Below are positions 25,861-37,388 of a stretch of 64,000 nt of DNA, piece by piece. The stretch's first letter is position 1; every line of letters starts with the position of its first letter. Below the pieces are notes generated by a model. It saw only the letters and a program-made list of their open reading frames with translations, was not told the origin of the DNA and searched no databases. The position numbers and the translations under genes were made by a program. This stretch comes from Fistulifera solaris. Taxonomy: Eukaryota. The DNA lies in the NCBI GenBank assembly GCA_030295235.1, contig AP026149.1, positions 558,001-622,000 on the forward strand, written 5' to 3'.

Positions 25861-26253
25861 GATGTTGCTGTGTGTCAATTGCTACCAAACGAATGAAGTA
25901 AGGAGGAGTCCTTTTCTGGGACGAAGAGCGGCTCGGAGGATGTTAAATTCCTTTATGAACTGATTTGACGGCTTGACACTTCGATGGAAAATGAGACGAA
26001 CGGATCGAAAAAATGCGAAGACTTCGATCGTTGCCATTTTTTGTTTTCCAGCCGCGTACCGCGTACTATATGCAGATGGTCCGTAAATGTCATAACGCTA
26101 CTAAATATGTACAAAATGTATGACTGAGTCAGTTATGAGTCATGACTTGTGATGTCATCGCGAGAATACGCTGCAACATGAACAACATCTTTTTATTTAT
26201 GATATTTCTTCTTGTTAATTCGATTAAGAAACCTTACAACGTGCTTCTTTGTC

Positions 26254-27204
26254 ATGCACATCTTTCATTCGTCAAGAAATGCCCTTGTTGTGCTAGCTGT
26301 TGCTTTACAGCGCAGTCATGCGTTTACGCCAGCCCTCTTTGTCCGTCGACAACAATCCAGTCATCTAAACGCCGTCACTCCAGTGGGTCCCTTCTGTCCT
26401 TTCCGGTCTTCATCGTCCATAGAACTGGAACCTAAAATGGAAGCCATCAACGCAGCTGGACCCGAATTTGCGAAAGAAATGACTAAAATACAATTAGACA
26501 TGTCGATTGGTGAAATGCCGGATCCGGAACGTTTAAATCGTGTCGCGGACGGCCTCGAGCAAGCCGTCGATCAGTGGGAGAATCTCGTGGCTCGATTGCG
26601 ATTGTCGTCTGATTTTCAAACACGAGAATATGCCAAGCTCACACAGGCACATTTACAGAGTCACGGAATGACGGTGGATGGAATCGCCAGCATGATACGA
26701 TGGCAGGCCGGTTGCATGAGAGCCATGGCCAACAACACACCACCGCCCATGCCACCGGCGCATATGAATTTAGAACAATTAATGAACGACAATCAACAAC
26801 GAGAGAAGCCTTCTATTACGGCCATGGCGGCAGCCGAAGCCATCACCGCGACTCCCTTTTCCAAAAATTCGCCGGCCTTCGATGCACCGAATGTCAAACA
26901 AGAACACGACACACTGTGTCGTGATCACAGCAACCTGATCGAGTTTGGGGCCAAATATGACTCGTTTGATCCATTGGGAAAACTTTATTACTTGGATGAG
27001 ATTGAAAAGATCGAAGATCGATGGGATGTTTTCTTTACGCGCTTCAAACTTATGGGACAATTGGATGCCGCTTATCTCCAGCAATGCGATCGGTTTCTCG
27101 CGTCCATGGGCATGACTGAAGAGGAATACCGAAAACTCCTAAAACAAAGTCATGCTTTGATGCGAGAAGAGGCCGAGGCCGAGCGCAATCTGTATGTTGC
27201 TTAG
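26254..27204 (+). CDS. Plastid-targeted protein with a DUF1825-like C-terminal domain
   Basis: Signal peptide ending SHA-F (diatom ASAF-type). YDSFDPLGKLYYLDEIEKIEDRWDVFFTRFKL resembles cyanobacterial DUF1825. Confidence 0.65.
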   Translation: MHIFHSSRNALVVLAVALQRSHAFTPALFVRRQQSSHLNAVTPVGPFCPFRSSSSIELEPKMEAINAAGPEFAKEMTKIQLDMSIGEMPDPERLNRVADGLEQAVDQWENLVARLRLSSDFQTREYAKLTQAHLQSHGMTVDGIASMIRWQAGCMRAMANNTPPPMPPAHMNLEQLMNDNQQREKPSITAMAAAEAITATPFSKNSPAFDAPNVKQEHDTLCRDHSNLIEFGAKYDSFDPLGKLYYLDEIEKIEDRWDVFFTRFKLMGQLDAAYLQQCDRFLASMGMTEEEYRKLLKQSHALMREEAEAERNLYVA

Positions 27205-27275
27205 ATAAACTCCAGCAATTGAAAAGGACTAGGCATAGAGATTTTAGAAGACAACGATACTACGGTATGTATTTT

Positions 27276-28594
27276 TCATTCATTGTATTTCGATTCATCA
27301 CTTTCCTCAAGCGTGCCCATGTGCTCTCCAAGAGATACTTCTGACAGTTCTCCTACATATTCGCTGGGTCCCACATTGACCAATGAGGAGCCTTCCCATA
27401 TTTCTTCTTTATCTTGGTTTCCGGAACAAGTGTGATCCATATTTCCGCCGATCATACTGGTAATATCGATCAATGTATCGGCAACAAATGCAATCATACC
27501 GTAGCCGCAAGAGTAGGACGGAGAATTTTCTAATTGTTGATTACAGCCTTCGCTAGCACAAAATTCGGATGTGGATTCTGGAGCTATCCTCTTTGAGTCC
27601 TCGACGAATGCTGGTCTGTCACTCTTTTCCGTGACATTAAGATTGGGGTCACCAACAATGATGAATTTTTCTGTCATGCTTTGCACAGCTGGATAGGGCG
27701 AAATGGATTTGTCGTCGACCAGTTCCTGGGCGTTTCGCTCGACTAAATTCTTTCTCTTGTTGCGGAATCTGTTCCATGCCCGGACGCGGTACAGGAGACG
27801 CTTAGGCTTTGGACGGCTAGAAAACGACGTTAGAGGCTTGTTTGACTTGTCTCTCAGCGTCTCTTCAATTCCCAGCTGATTGTTTCCTGTGCTTGTCAAT
27901 ATCGGCGCATTCTTGATGATTCGGAACCATGCACACCTACGCTTCGGCTCCTCTTTGACATCAGGAGGTTTTGCGCCCGTTTCATATGGTCGAGGGGATA
28001 ACGTTTCCAAGTCGTTCAGAATGCTAAGAACGGAATAGATGGGCATACCATGCACAGTTCCAGCGTCCTGTAAAGAGGCGTGGGTGGCTTTATCTTTCGT
28101 GGCCGTTTTCCGCGACCAAGATCTCTTTTTGTCAATCTCAACGAACGCCATATTCTCTTGGATTTGGTTTGACCTCGGCTTGCAAAACTGGCTTTTAAGC
28201 GACTGCGTGTCTCCCGACCATAGTCGACTGCCGTTTGGAACGAAAGTTGGGGGTGAAAGTGCTGAATCGAAGTATCTGAAACACATGAATTCTCTTCTTC
28301 AAAGATGGTAAACAGGCCAGTCCGCACCCAATGAGATATTTCGATACATTCTTTATCAGACAGGTCGTCATTCGTGTAACCCTTTACGACAGGAAACGTA
28401 GAGGAAGAGTCGTCACCTTTGTCCAGCACCTTGACATTGTGAGAGGGACCGTGACAGTCGGGGGTTGGACTTTTCTGTTCCCTCCCACCTTGATCCTGAG
28501 CTTCATCCCATGGATAATCCCAAAGTGATATCTCGAACTCATCTAGTAAGAGTGTTTCATCATTTCCACCAACATTTTGGCAAACGATCGCCAT
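27276..28594 (-). CDS. Hypothetical protein (two overlapping ORFs; junction unresolved)
   Basis: 213 aa and 336 aa same-strand overlapping ORFs fill the intergenic gap; no recognisable domain. Confidence 0.45.
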
Positions 28595-29178
28595 CTTGGA
28601 GAAACAAAACTGAGGATTGCCGCTTGTGGGAGATGGAGACGTATCGATGTTTTGCAAACGAACAGCGAGCCGTGAGCGGAATCAAACCCGATGAAAATCA
28701 TTTAACAGTATGGAAACGTTTGTATCACAGCAGAACCTGGTTCTTGGTATGTCGATCTTAGTTTCAAGTAGGATACTTTAGAGATGAAGAATTTTCTTTC
28801 TTGTTTTTCATTTTGTGAGGGATTGAACCGTTGCGCCCCATTCTTTATTCTTTGGGTGAGTCACGAACAAAGCGGATCCGTGATTCATTTTTCCCGTACG
28901 CTTTCTTTTTGCTCGTTTGCGTCGATCGTGCATCTTTTTTTTTGCGTGTTTGATTCACGTCGCGTTACGCCATCAGGTACCAGTAATAAGCCGAATAATG
29001 CACGATGCTTCTTCGAAACAATATGCACATGGAAAGGATACCTGGTACTCCAACTCATTGCCTATTCTTTCTTCCGAATCGTTCGAACGACTCAATCCTC
29101 ATCCGTTTCTGTTTCCACCACTTTCTTGTTCTCACAATTCACAACTAAAACATTGCAACAAATGATAAAAAAATTACA

Positions 29179-30985
29179 ATGAAACACTCGTCACTCCTAT
29201 TATTCGTTCCCTTTTTTTCGTTGTCAAAATTATCGGCGGCATATGATCCCATCATCGCGACAGGAGTTCTCGACGATGGTTCTTCGACATTACTCAAACA
29301 AGAAGAATCCGTCCGATCGAGTCCTATTAAAAGCGAGAAAACGAATCATCATCACCAAATGGTAGAAGCATACATTGTGGGAGGCCGAGAAGCGCAACCA
29401 GGAGATTATCCCTGGATCATCAAATCTGTGACGGGTTTCGGAACCTGTTCCGCTACCCTCATTCATTCGGACATGGCGTTGACGGCGGCGCACTGTCAAG
29501 GTACGGCAACGGGTGCTGCGAATATACTTGTATCTCTAGGAAGCATGATCCTCATCGTTTCTGCTGTTGCAGGTGTTTTTGGAGGAGGTGTCTACGTTTC
29601 GGCATTCGATTACAATCACATTAATGATGGTAGTATATTTCGTGAAGTCGATCGTCATTATCGAAATCTAAATTACAATCAAAACAATTCCATTGTGGCG
29701 AATGACATTATGCTGATTCGATTGGCCGAACCGGTCCGGGACGTTCCGTTGGTGCAACTCAATCAAGATGAGCAAGTGCCGAGCGATTTCGAAGAATTGA
29801 TTACAGTGGGTTTTGGTTTTACTAGTCTCGAAGGAAACCTGCCAACGCAATTGCTGGAAGTAGAGATGAATAGCATACCTTCGGAGTTATGCTTTGAAGA
29901 TTTGCAATTGTTTGAAAATGTGCAACCAGGACCTGGATTGCTATGGTAAGTAGATAATACTACCAGTATCGTTCGCTTCTGGTCTGGATCAGGTCTAACA
30001 TTCTTTGCAAAAAGCGCCGGAAGTCGAACGGGTCAGGCCAGTACCTGTAACGGCGATTCCGGAGGCCCATTGCTGACACTGGATGGATTGGTGCAAGTAG
30101 GAGTCACTTCATTCGGTGTCAATTGCGATACCATCAATTTGCCGAACGGATTCACCCGTGTGTCCTATTATAGCAACTGGATCAAAGAAACCATTTGTAA
30201 ATATTCCAACGACCGGCCGTCGGATTGTCCCGAACCAGAAGGCCCCGATCCAGGCGCTGTGCCGATCAATGTTACGATACGGGTAAGTACAAGGAACGGT
30301 CACTTGCTGCTTCCTAACGAAACGTAAGTTACTCATGGATTCAAAACTTTCATAGCATGATTATTATCCAGCAGAAACGACATGGGCAATCCGCGACAGA
30401 TCGGACAATTCAATCAAAGTAGCGGGCCCAATAGGGAATCCCACTCCCAGCAGTCTTTGGTATACAACCATTGCGTTGGTACCAGGAGATTATACGTTCG
30501 AGATCTACGATCAAAGAGGTGATGGGATGGGATCGCTATTACCTGAGAATGCCGGATTTTTCGAGCTCAGCACGAATGTAAGCGGTGCGTCCGAGGTGTT
30601 GGTTCCCTTGACACTGGGCTACTTTGAATTCATTCTTGCGACCGACTTTGAAGTGCCCGAGACATTGGTTGCGTTGCCGACACGTTCACCGGTATCCGGC
30701 TTTTCGGAATATGAAAATTCGCCTGGTACCAAGAGCGCAGTTCCGTCAACCATCGACTCAGGTACTATATTGAGTGTCCCTTCGTTCGCACCATCACCTT
30801 TACTTGATCCTTCCAACAATTCAGATCTTGGCGCTCCCCAAATACCCTCTGGTGGAGAAAGGGATGAAGGTTTAGATAACTCCCCGACTTTGACGTCGAA
30901 TGCCTCGAATTCTTTTCCCTGGTCTCACTATTATTTTACTCCGATATTCGGCCTACCTGGTTTTGTCATGTTGCTCTTGACATAA
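29179..30985 (+). CDS. Secreted trypsin-like (S1) serine protease with a C-terminal extension and hydrophobic, possibly GPI, tail; 3 introns
   Basis: Signal peptide, IVGG, TAAHC, DIMLIRL, GDSGGP (near 30052), VGVTSFG, FTRVSYYSNWI. Introns at about 29501-29572, 29946-30014 and 30283-30354. Confidence 0.9.
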
Positions 30986-31050
30986 ATTTGAATAGAATAG
31001 ATGATATCAAACTTTTACTCTTGTTTTAAGAATAAAAGCGACACCACACA

Positions 31051-32604
31051 TCAAGCATCCTTATCCGAAACTTCACGATCCTGCAACCATTTTGCCCGAC
31101 CTACCCACAATGAAATGCGAAACAGTTGATAAACGAGAAAAGTCATCCAAACTGTCCGTAAGCCAACATTTCGTCTCAATTTGGCTGCACGTTTAATCTG
31201 CAGCATGCAGATCGGAACCACAGCGAAGAATATTCCGTACATTCTTCCTAAAAACATCAAATCCTTTCGACCCAGTAAAAGTCCTTCTGATCCACAAAAG
31301 ATTCCATGCAACGAAAAGATTAGAGTCAATATTGGTGTGATTTGCCGCACCTGTTCCATGACAAAATGGTCGACAGTAAAAAGCGGCAAAGCGAGTGGGA
31401 TACTGGCGGCAATCGACCCGAGAATGGCACCGCATAATATCGCTACTTTCAACAAATTCAAGGAGAAAGTTTGCGTCGCACTTTTATCTCTGCTTTGTAT
31501 AAGCTTTGGTAGGAATGCTTGAGCCGTCAAACTGAGAGAGTCGGCAACAGGAATGAGCGTGTAAAAGATGCTAGTCACGATTTGATTGGCTGCCATGGCC
31601 ACGACACTGAGAGAAGTCGAGACGACATGCCCCATAGCAATATAGGTAGAACATCGACCCACTTGAGTAATTGTGACGGGGATCCAGAAGGGCAAAAACG
31701 TTTTCGCAGTTGCACGGTCGGGTAGTACTGAATTCGATTGGGGAAAGTTGGTTGGTGCAAGAATGCCTCGCGTTACACAGGCCGACGACTCTTTGTCAAC
31801 ACTACTGGATTTGGTAGTTAGCCATCGTACAAAAAGACCCAAAGCGAAGTATTGCGAAGCCACTGTGGCCCAAGCGGCACCTGCCGCTCCCGCACCAGCA
31901 CCCACCAGCACAACATCCAGCACTAGATTGACAAAAGCCGCCTGCAATACGACACGGAGGGGCGACTGAACATCTTGCAGTCCCAGACAAGCCGCTTGGG
32001 TTGTCCCTAGAACGGCGGCAGCCGGCATTCCTAACGAACGTATCCGCGTATACTCCAAAGCCGCCTTCCAAATGACTGCATCCGTAGCCCCAGAAGAGCC
32101 TCGTCCCATAATTTGACGAAGCAGGGTCGGTGCCAGTATCATGAGCGCAACACCAAACACAGTCCCGACACAAGATGCCAAGCGTATTCCGTTTCGAAGA
32201 GCATCCTTCCTGGAATAATCATCCGTATCGGCAGCAATGTTGTTCGTAATCGCCGTATACAGAAAGGAGAAACCACAGCGTGCCGAGTAGTCCGTGATTG
32301 CCACTGCCGGATTGAGAGCGGCTTGGTCGGCCGTTCCGGCAAGGAGACCGACAATCGAAGTATCCACGAGAGATAGAAGCGGTGAGCAGAGCCAAATTCC
32401 CATTGCCGGTACGGCAAACTGTATGATTCGACGCACCGAAGGTATGTCCTCCGAGGGCACCGACGAAACGACTTGATGTTTCAACAAAACGAACGAATGA
32501 GGGACCGCTCGGGGCACTACAGACGACGCCGGAAGAAAACTCCATGTGGGAAGCGCCGATGAAAGAATAACCAAGACAAGCACTGGTATGAACGGATGCT
32601 TCAT
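31051..32604 (-). CDS. MATE family transporter (DinF-like), probably plastid-targeted
   Basis: PAMGIWLCSPLLSLVDT, AALNPA, YTRIRSLGMPA, multiple TM helices. Signal peptide ending TWS-F. Confidence 0.88.
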   Translation of the reverse strand: MKHPFIPVLVLVILSSALPTWSFLPASSVVPRAVPHSFVLLKHQVVSSVPSEDIPSVRRIIQFAVPAMGIWLCSPLLSLVDTSIVGLLAGTADQAALNPAVAITDYSARCGFSFLYTAITNNIAADTDDYSRKDALRNGIRLASCVGTVFGVALMILAPTLLRQIMGRGSSGATDAVIWKAALEYTRIRSLGMPAAAVLGTTQAACLGLQDVQSPLRVVLQAAFVNLVLDVVLVGAGAGAAGAAWATVASQYFALGLFVRWLTTKSSSVDKESSACVTRGILAPTNFPQSNSVLPDRATAKTFLPFWIPVTITQVGRCSTYIAMGHVVSTSLSVVAMAANQIVTSIFYTLIPVADSLSLTAQAFLPKLIQSRDKSATQTFSLNLLKVAILCGAILGSIAASIPLALPLFTVDHFVMEQVRQITPILTLIFSLHGIFCGSEGLLLGRKDLMFLGRMYGIFFAVVPICMLQIKRAAKLRRNVGLRTVWMTFLVYQLFRISLWVGRAKWLQDREVSDKDA

Positions 32605-33570
32605 CTTGACGTCTCTTTCTTAATTTCAGTAAGCTTACAAAGATGATAATTGACTACAAATATAACAGCATTTGATATTTGACACCTCGAAGAAACTTAA
32701 GTGAAGATCGCGATGCGCAAGGACACGATGAGTGTGGACAAAAAATGAAGCGTGTCGCGTGTCGCATGTCGCATCGTCTAGCAAATTTTACTCCACATCA
32801 ACTTTGTCACGACTGGATTTCAGTCCTGAACGAAAAGTTCTTGCTCCCGTTGTTCGCCATTGTTCTTCCTGTTTTTTCTTCTATAATTGATTTCTATCCT
32901 CCGACAGCTCGTGCTAAAGTCGAAGTTAGAACGTTGAAACTTGTTGATTTGCAAGTAATGTTTGAAACTCTCTCAAATAGAAAATCTCGATCGCAAAAAG
33001 TAGCCACGACTGTGTTTCAGTCATGAGACGGGTAAAATTTGCGCAGATAAATACGAGTTATTGGTTGCTTACACTGCAAGCTATACTGGTAGTCAGCCAC
33101 CCACTTTTGCATAAAAACAAAGCTGCCTGGTACTGGTAATCACAAACCGTAAACTGGTACTTCGCGACTTACAGAACGTCAGCTTGAAGACGGATCAACA
33201 AACGCAGAAACAACACAACAAGGAACATACCTGGTACCATCCTTCCGACAATGATACCAAGTAGCTCAGCTTATTTACAAACGAATTTGGTTTTCAAGGG
33301 GATTGATTTGTATTTCGGCTCTACCTTGCTAGTCATCAATCCCGTTTTCGTCGGAGATGCAAATTGGCGATCGAAAACTGGTCTCGAAAACGGAAACGGC
33401 CGCGAAAACCGCTCTCCGCACGACTCGACAATCAACCATTTGCCATTTGCTGCCTCTTTTCTTCTCACAAATCGCACGTTGTGTCAAATCACACACGAAG
33501 TGCGATTTGTCACTAACGAAGCAGTGCATCTTGTCACTTGCTCACCTTGCTCTTGTTTCTCATTTGCTTA

Positions 33571-34527
33571 TTGCAGTCAGATATTATAATGATCTTCGTC
33601 CGCAGGGAACCACACCTTACCGACGGGTAGTGCACGGACCCTGCGGAGTAGCCCCCTGCCACAATGGGAGCAAGAGAAATCGCGTGTGCCTTGAAGCCTC
33701 CGTCCTTCTCTTGCTCTGGAGAGGCCGAGTGATGTGCTGAGCCCTGAGGCCTTCACCGCTCCTCGCCTCAACGTCTCTGTTTCAAGGAATGAGTGATGTG
33801 CTGTGCCCTGAGGCCTTCACCGCTCCTCGCCTTGATTCTCTTTTTCGATGGGCCATGGCAAAGACCATGGTCAAAGTGCGGCCTGAGGGTAACTTCAGTG
33901 CTGGTACCAGCGTATGCGTGGCAGGGTGCGGAAGTAAGAGGAGAGACGCTCACTCGACACCCAAAGATGATGTCGTGCTGGAGGAAAAACTCCAAGCACA
34001 ATAAATCCACGGTGACGACCTGGTATGCAATCACTCCGTAAAGTTGCCATGGAAATTCCACGACAGAGGAGGATGGCACCAACGGCGACGGCCTCTAAGG
34101 AGGACCGATACGACCGATTGCGATGACCATACCTATCCCGGTGGCGTCCCCCAGAATTGGCGGCCGACCCCCGCCAAAGGAGGGCCGGCTGAAAACCAGC
34201 TGGAAGAGGTTAGCTCCATATTAAGGCAGCATGGTAGAAATTCCACCCGAAGGATGACCCCGGCGACAAAAGTCGACTGAGAAGGCATACCTTGAGGTGG
34301 CGGCCCCGTGTTTGGGCCAAGTCCCTGCATCGAGAAGGCTCGCTCTACCCGACCCCAATTGGGTTGTTTGATTGCATTGTAAGCATACGCGTCCTCCGTC
34401 CGACAAAGGGCGGCGCCTAAAAAAGGTGGAAAATGGATCACAAAAATGTAAGCTCTCCTCCACACAGTCTCAGTCAGACGACTGAGACTGAGCCAGCCAA
34501 AGCTGGCCTAAGATCAATCTGACGCAA
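33571..34527 (+). ncRNA. Candidate large structured non-coding RNA of unknown family (or a structured non-autonomous element)
   Basis: Ends pair (33571-33596 with 34510-34527). At least 12 internal hairpins, G-U pairs and A-rich or GUAA loops favour the + strand. GC-rich, with no credible ORF. Confidence 0.5.
33727..33832 (+). repeat. 42-bp direct duplication (33727-33768 and 33791-33832, 1 mismatch)
   Basis: GAGTGATGTGCTG[A/T]GCCCTGAGGCCTTCACCGCTCCTCGCCT occurs twice, 22 bp apart. Confidence 0.95.
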
Positions 34528-34978
34528 ACGTAAAAGTTAAATGAATCTAGCAATGTAACAATAACACAACGAAAAAGGTTTAGTCTAAGTCTTGTACACG
34601 TTGCATACTAGCAGGTCAATCATCGGCCTTCATCCTTAGGTTGGTTCAGTTTGGCGTGCCCCAATCGACGATCTAGAAATAACTTACACCACAAACGTGC
34701 GCAATCTCTACAAGGGCGTCGATGACCGTATCACAATGCCCCTAGACAAAGAATAAAAAGAAATTCAGTCCCTTTCCTTCCACGGTTCCCTATGTTTGTT
34801 CCCCACCACAAAATTTTCGAATTCCGTTCGTGACAGGCTGCGCTGTCTTGCACTTTACCGTCGACACAAAGATGAGCGTTGCCAAACGGAAGCTATTTGG
34901 CGAGAACATCAATAGTGCTGACAATCAATTTGCCTCTCTATCATCGACACGGAAATAGACGTATAAAATGTGGGCCAA

Positions 34979-36113
34979 TCATCCATTCGACTCACCCTCA
35001 CACTTTGACCAGCTCCATTGACGAAGGACTTCATAGAGTACAACGGGAGCACATGCAGCAATGTTCAGTGAGTTCTTAGCACCATACATGGGTATTTCAA
35101 CGATGGCATCGAGGTCATTCATCACGTCCGTATCTATTTTGTGCAGAACAAAACAAGGTTAGCCAGCGCATAGAATAAGCATGACCACCATTCTAGACAA
35201 ATGAAATTATGTTCTTACCAACTCCCGTCACTTCATTTCCAAGAAGCAGCACAACTCCACTAGCGGGATACGAGTAGTTAGAATAAAGTTGACTTCGTTC
35301 GGTCGTTTCCATACCAATGATTTGATAATCACTCTTTTCGTTGCGTAGAAATTCCAAGGCTTGCCGTGTCGTGGCAAAATGCACACTGGGTACCAACCGC
35401 TCGGCACCCAAGGCCGATTTGTTCAACTTTTCTTGGCCACTACCTTCTGGATGCGGTGTAATCCCGACCGTGACCACTAAAGAAACACCACACGCATCGG
35501 CGGTCCGAAAGATACTCCCGACATTGAAGGCACTCCGCACATTGTCGAGTAGCAGAATAATAGGAAATGTCTTTCGTGAAGATTGCTGTGGCGTATCATG
35601 ATGACGAACGAATTCGGCTTGATGTGATTTGTGTCGATTCAATAAGAATTGAATCTGCCGTGCACACCGATTGGCGGCGGCCGTAGCGGAAATGGTGGAG
35701 AACGAGGTCGGTTGTTTGGTCGAAAAGAGAAACGAACGATACGTACGGATGGCCGACTTGCCATAGCGATTGTCATAACCCATTGTAGGATCTTCGAGTG
35801 AAGAAATGGCGGCTTGGTCTAGTTCCTGGGCATCAATCTCCAATTCCTGGAGGCTCGTCCAGAGTCGATTGCGTCTCTCGTCAAAGATCTCTTTTGTGAT
35901 ATCATCATTGTTGAGACTCGTGCTGACATTTTCCTCATTTGTATTTGTTCCCGACGGAAAGGAAAAACATCGGTGCAATAACGGGAAACGGCTGTTGTAA
36001 TGATAGGATGATCGTGGAGAGAGAAACGCCTGTACCGTTCGTCTCGAGACGCTTTGTATCATGATGATTGTGAAAAGGATTATGAATTTCTGCATGCAAC
36101 TGTATTCTCTCAT
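34979..36113 (-). CDS. SpoU/TrmH family RNA 2'-O-methyltransferase; 1 intron
   Basis: LLDNVRSAFNVGSIFRTADA, LLLGNEVTGV, then intron (about 35219-35133), then EIPMYGAKNSLNIA...LYEVLRQW. Start codon uncertain. Confidence 0.9.
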
Positions 36114-36767
36114 GAAAATACCCACAAATCATCGGTAGGAGATAAAAAGTCGTTTGTACAGTTTTATTGAATGATTACAAAAGGTGCTTTGATCTTTGAC
36201 GGGCAGCACTTGCAACGAATAATAAAAATAAGTAAATGTTCATCGCGGTGCAAAATAATAAAAAGGCGTACTGCCTGCGTTATGGCTAAGGCTAAGCGAA
36301 ATAGTGCATCTCCTCCGTGACTGAAACCCAGCCGTGGCGAAAAACGGACAACACTTCGGACCATAGTAAAAATAATGGAGCTACAGTTTGTCGGACGACT
36401 TTGATGTGCATGATCGCTAAACAGGTTCATTGATACCATTAATAGCCCTAGCTAAAATTAGTCTGTGTAGGTAGGTTAACCATTTTGATCACATTCAATG
36501 GGAAGACTACAGCGCGTCTCAGTTATGGAAATACGTTTGGCTGACTCATGGCGGAAGCGCTGGAAACATTGCACATTCAGTCAAACGAGTTCTTATGCAC
36601 CCCATTACGCAAGAACAGTTTATGATTTAACTATCGTATCATCCCTCTGCGAAAATACTCTTGTATTATCACGTACTCAAATGAATGCATCGAGAAGAAA
36701 ACTAAGGCAGCTGCACGTAATTGCTCCGTGTCTGACTCTTACTTTAACGTGCTATTTCTCTTATTGT

Positions 36768-37388
36768 TCATTGTAAATTAATGTAATAGGCATCCACGGC
36801 ATCCATCAGTTTTCCGACGGTCACTTGAGCCGACCACATGACAAACAACGCCCCGAGACTATCCAAAGCGGCTTCTACCGGCAATCCAATCTTACTGATG
36901 CGATATCCTACACCAGAAGCCGAAATGGGAAAGAACAGATTGCGCAGAAACGATCCTGCCGGAGCGTATTCGCCGAGACCAATTTCCAAATCATCGACAC
37001 TCAGGATGGGGACCGAATACCACAGAAACCAAACCAGAAAGCTGAGACGCATATTTCCCGATCGCAATAACAACTTTTCGGTCGCTTCGGCTTGCGCCTT
37101 GCGTTTGGCGCGGACAGTCTCGAGTTCCTTGTCGAGTTGCAACAATTGTCGTTCCAATTTGGAGGTTTCCACAAAAGCCGACGGCCCCAATTTGCGTTTG
37201 TGATCGACTTCTTTTTGGAGTGCTTTTTGTTGTGCCTCGAGTTTCAAGACGTGTCGTGGTTTGATTTTGATCTGCAACAAATATAGACGACAGAGGAGTT
37301 CGTACAGAGCGCCGAGAGCCAGTAAGAACCACATGTCATGAATCCGAATCAAGGATAAGTAGATAGGAGGATGAGGAATAAAGCCCAT
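36768..37388 (-). CDS. GET1/WRB (CHD5-like) membrane insertase-like protein
   Basis: TM, then coiled coil (SAFVETSKLERQLLQLDKEL), then two hydrophobic segments: the GET1-like topology. Confidence 0.55.
   Translation of the reverse strand: MGFIPHPPIYLSLIRIHDMWFLLALGALYELLCRLYLLQIKIKPRHVLKLEAQQKALQKEVDHKRKLGPSAFVETSKLERQLLQLDKELETVRAKRKAQAEATEKLLLRSGNMRLSFLVWFLWYSVPILSVDDLEIGLGEYAPAGSFLRNLFFPISASGVGYRISKIGLPVEAALDSLGALFVMWSAQVTVGKLMDAVDAYYINLQ

Noticed and set aside
33727..33832. Repeat-spacer-repeat resembling CRISPR
   Set aside because: Only two copies, eukaryotic context, and no cas genes.
34005..34028. IHGDDLVC, resembling RdRp motif C (narnavirus-like endogenous element)
   Set aside because: It directly follows a stop codon and no motif A or B is found in any upstream frame; GDD is common by chance. 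A tBLASTx or HMM search would settle it.
34277..34293. CTGAGA...ATACC, resembling part of a TPP riboswitch
   Set aside because: The ACCTGAT...TAAT...GCG..GG half of the aptamer is absent and no thiamine gene is adjacent.
34473..34521. GACTG...hairpin...TAAGAT.AATC, resembling the group I intron P7/P8/J8-7 core; CTAAGATCAA also resembles U2
   Set aside because: P7 would be mismatched, no P3/P4/P6 core or host exon is found, and the remaining U2 sequence is missing.
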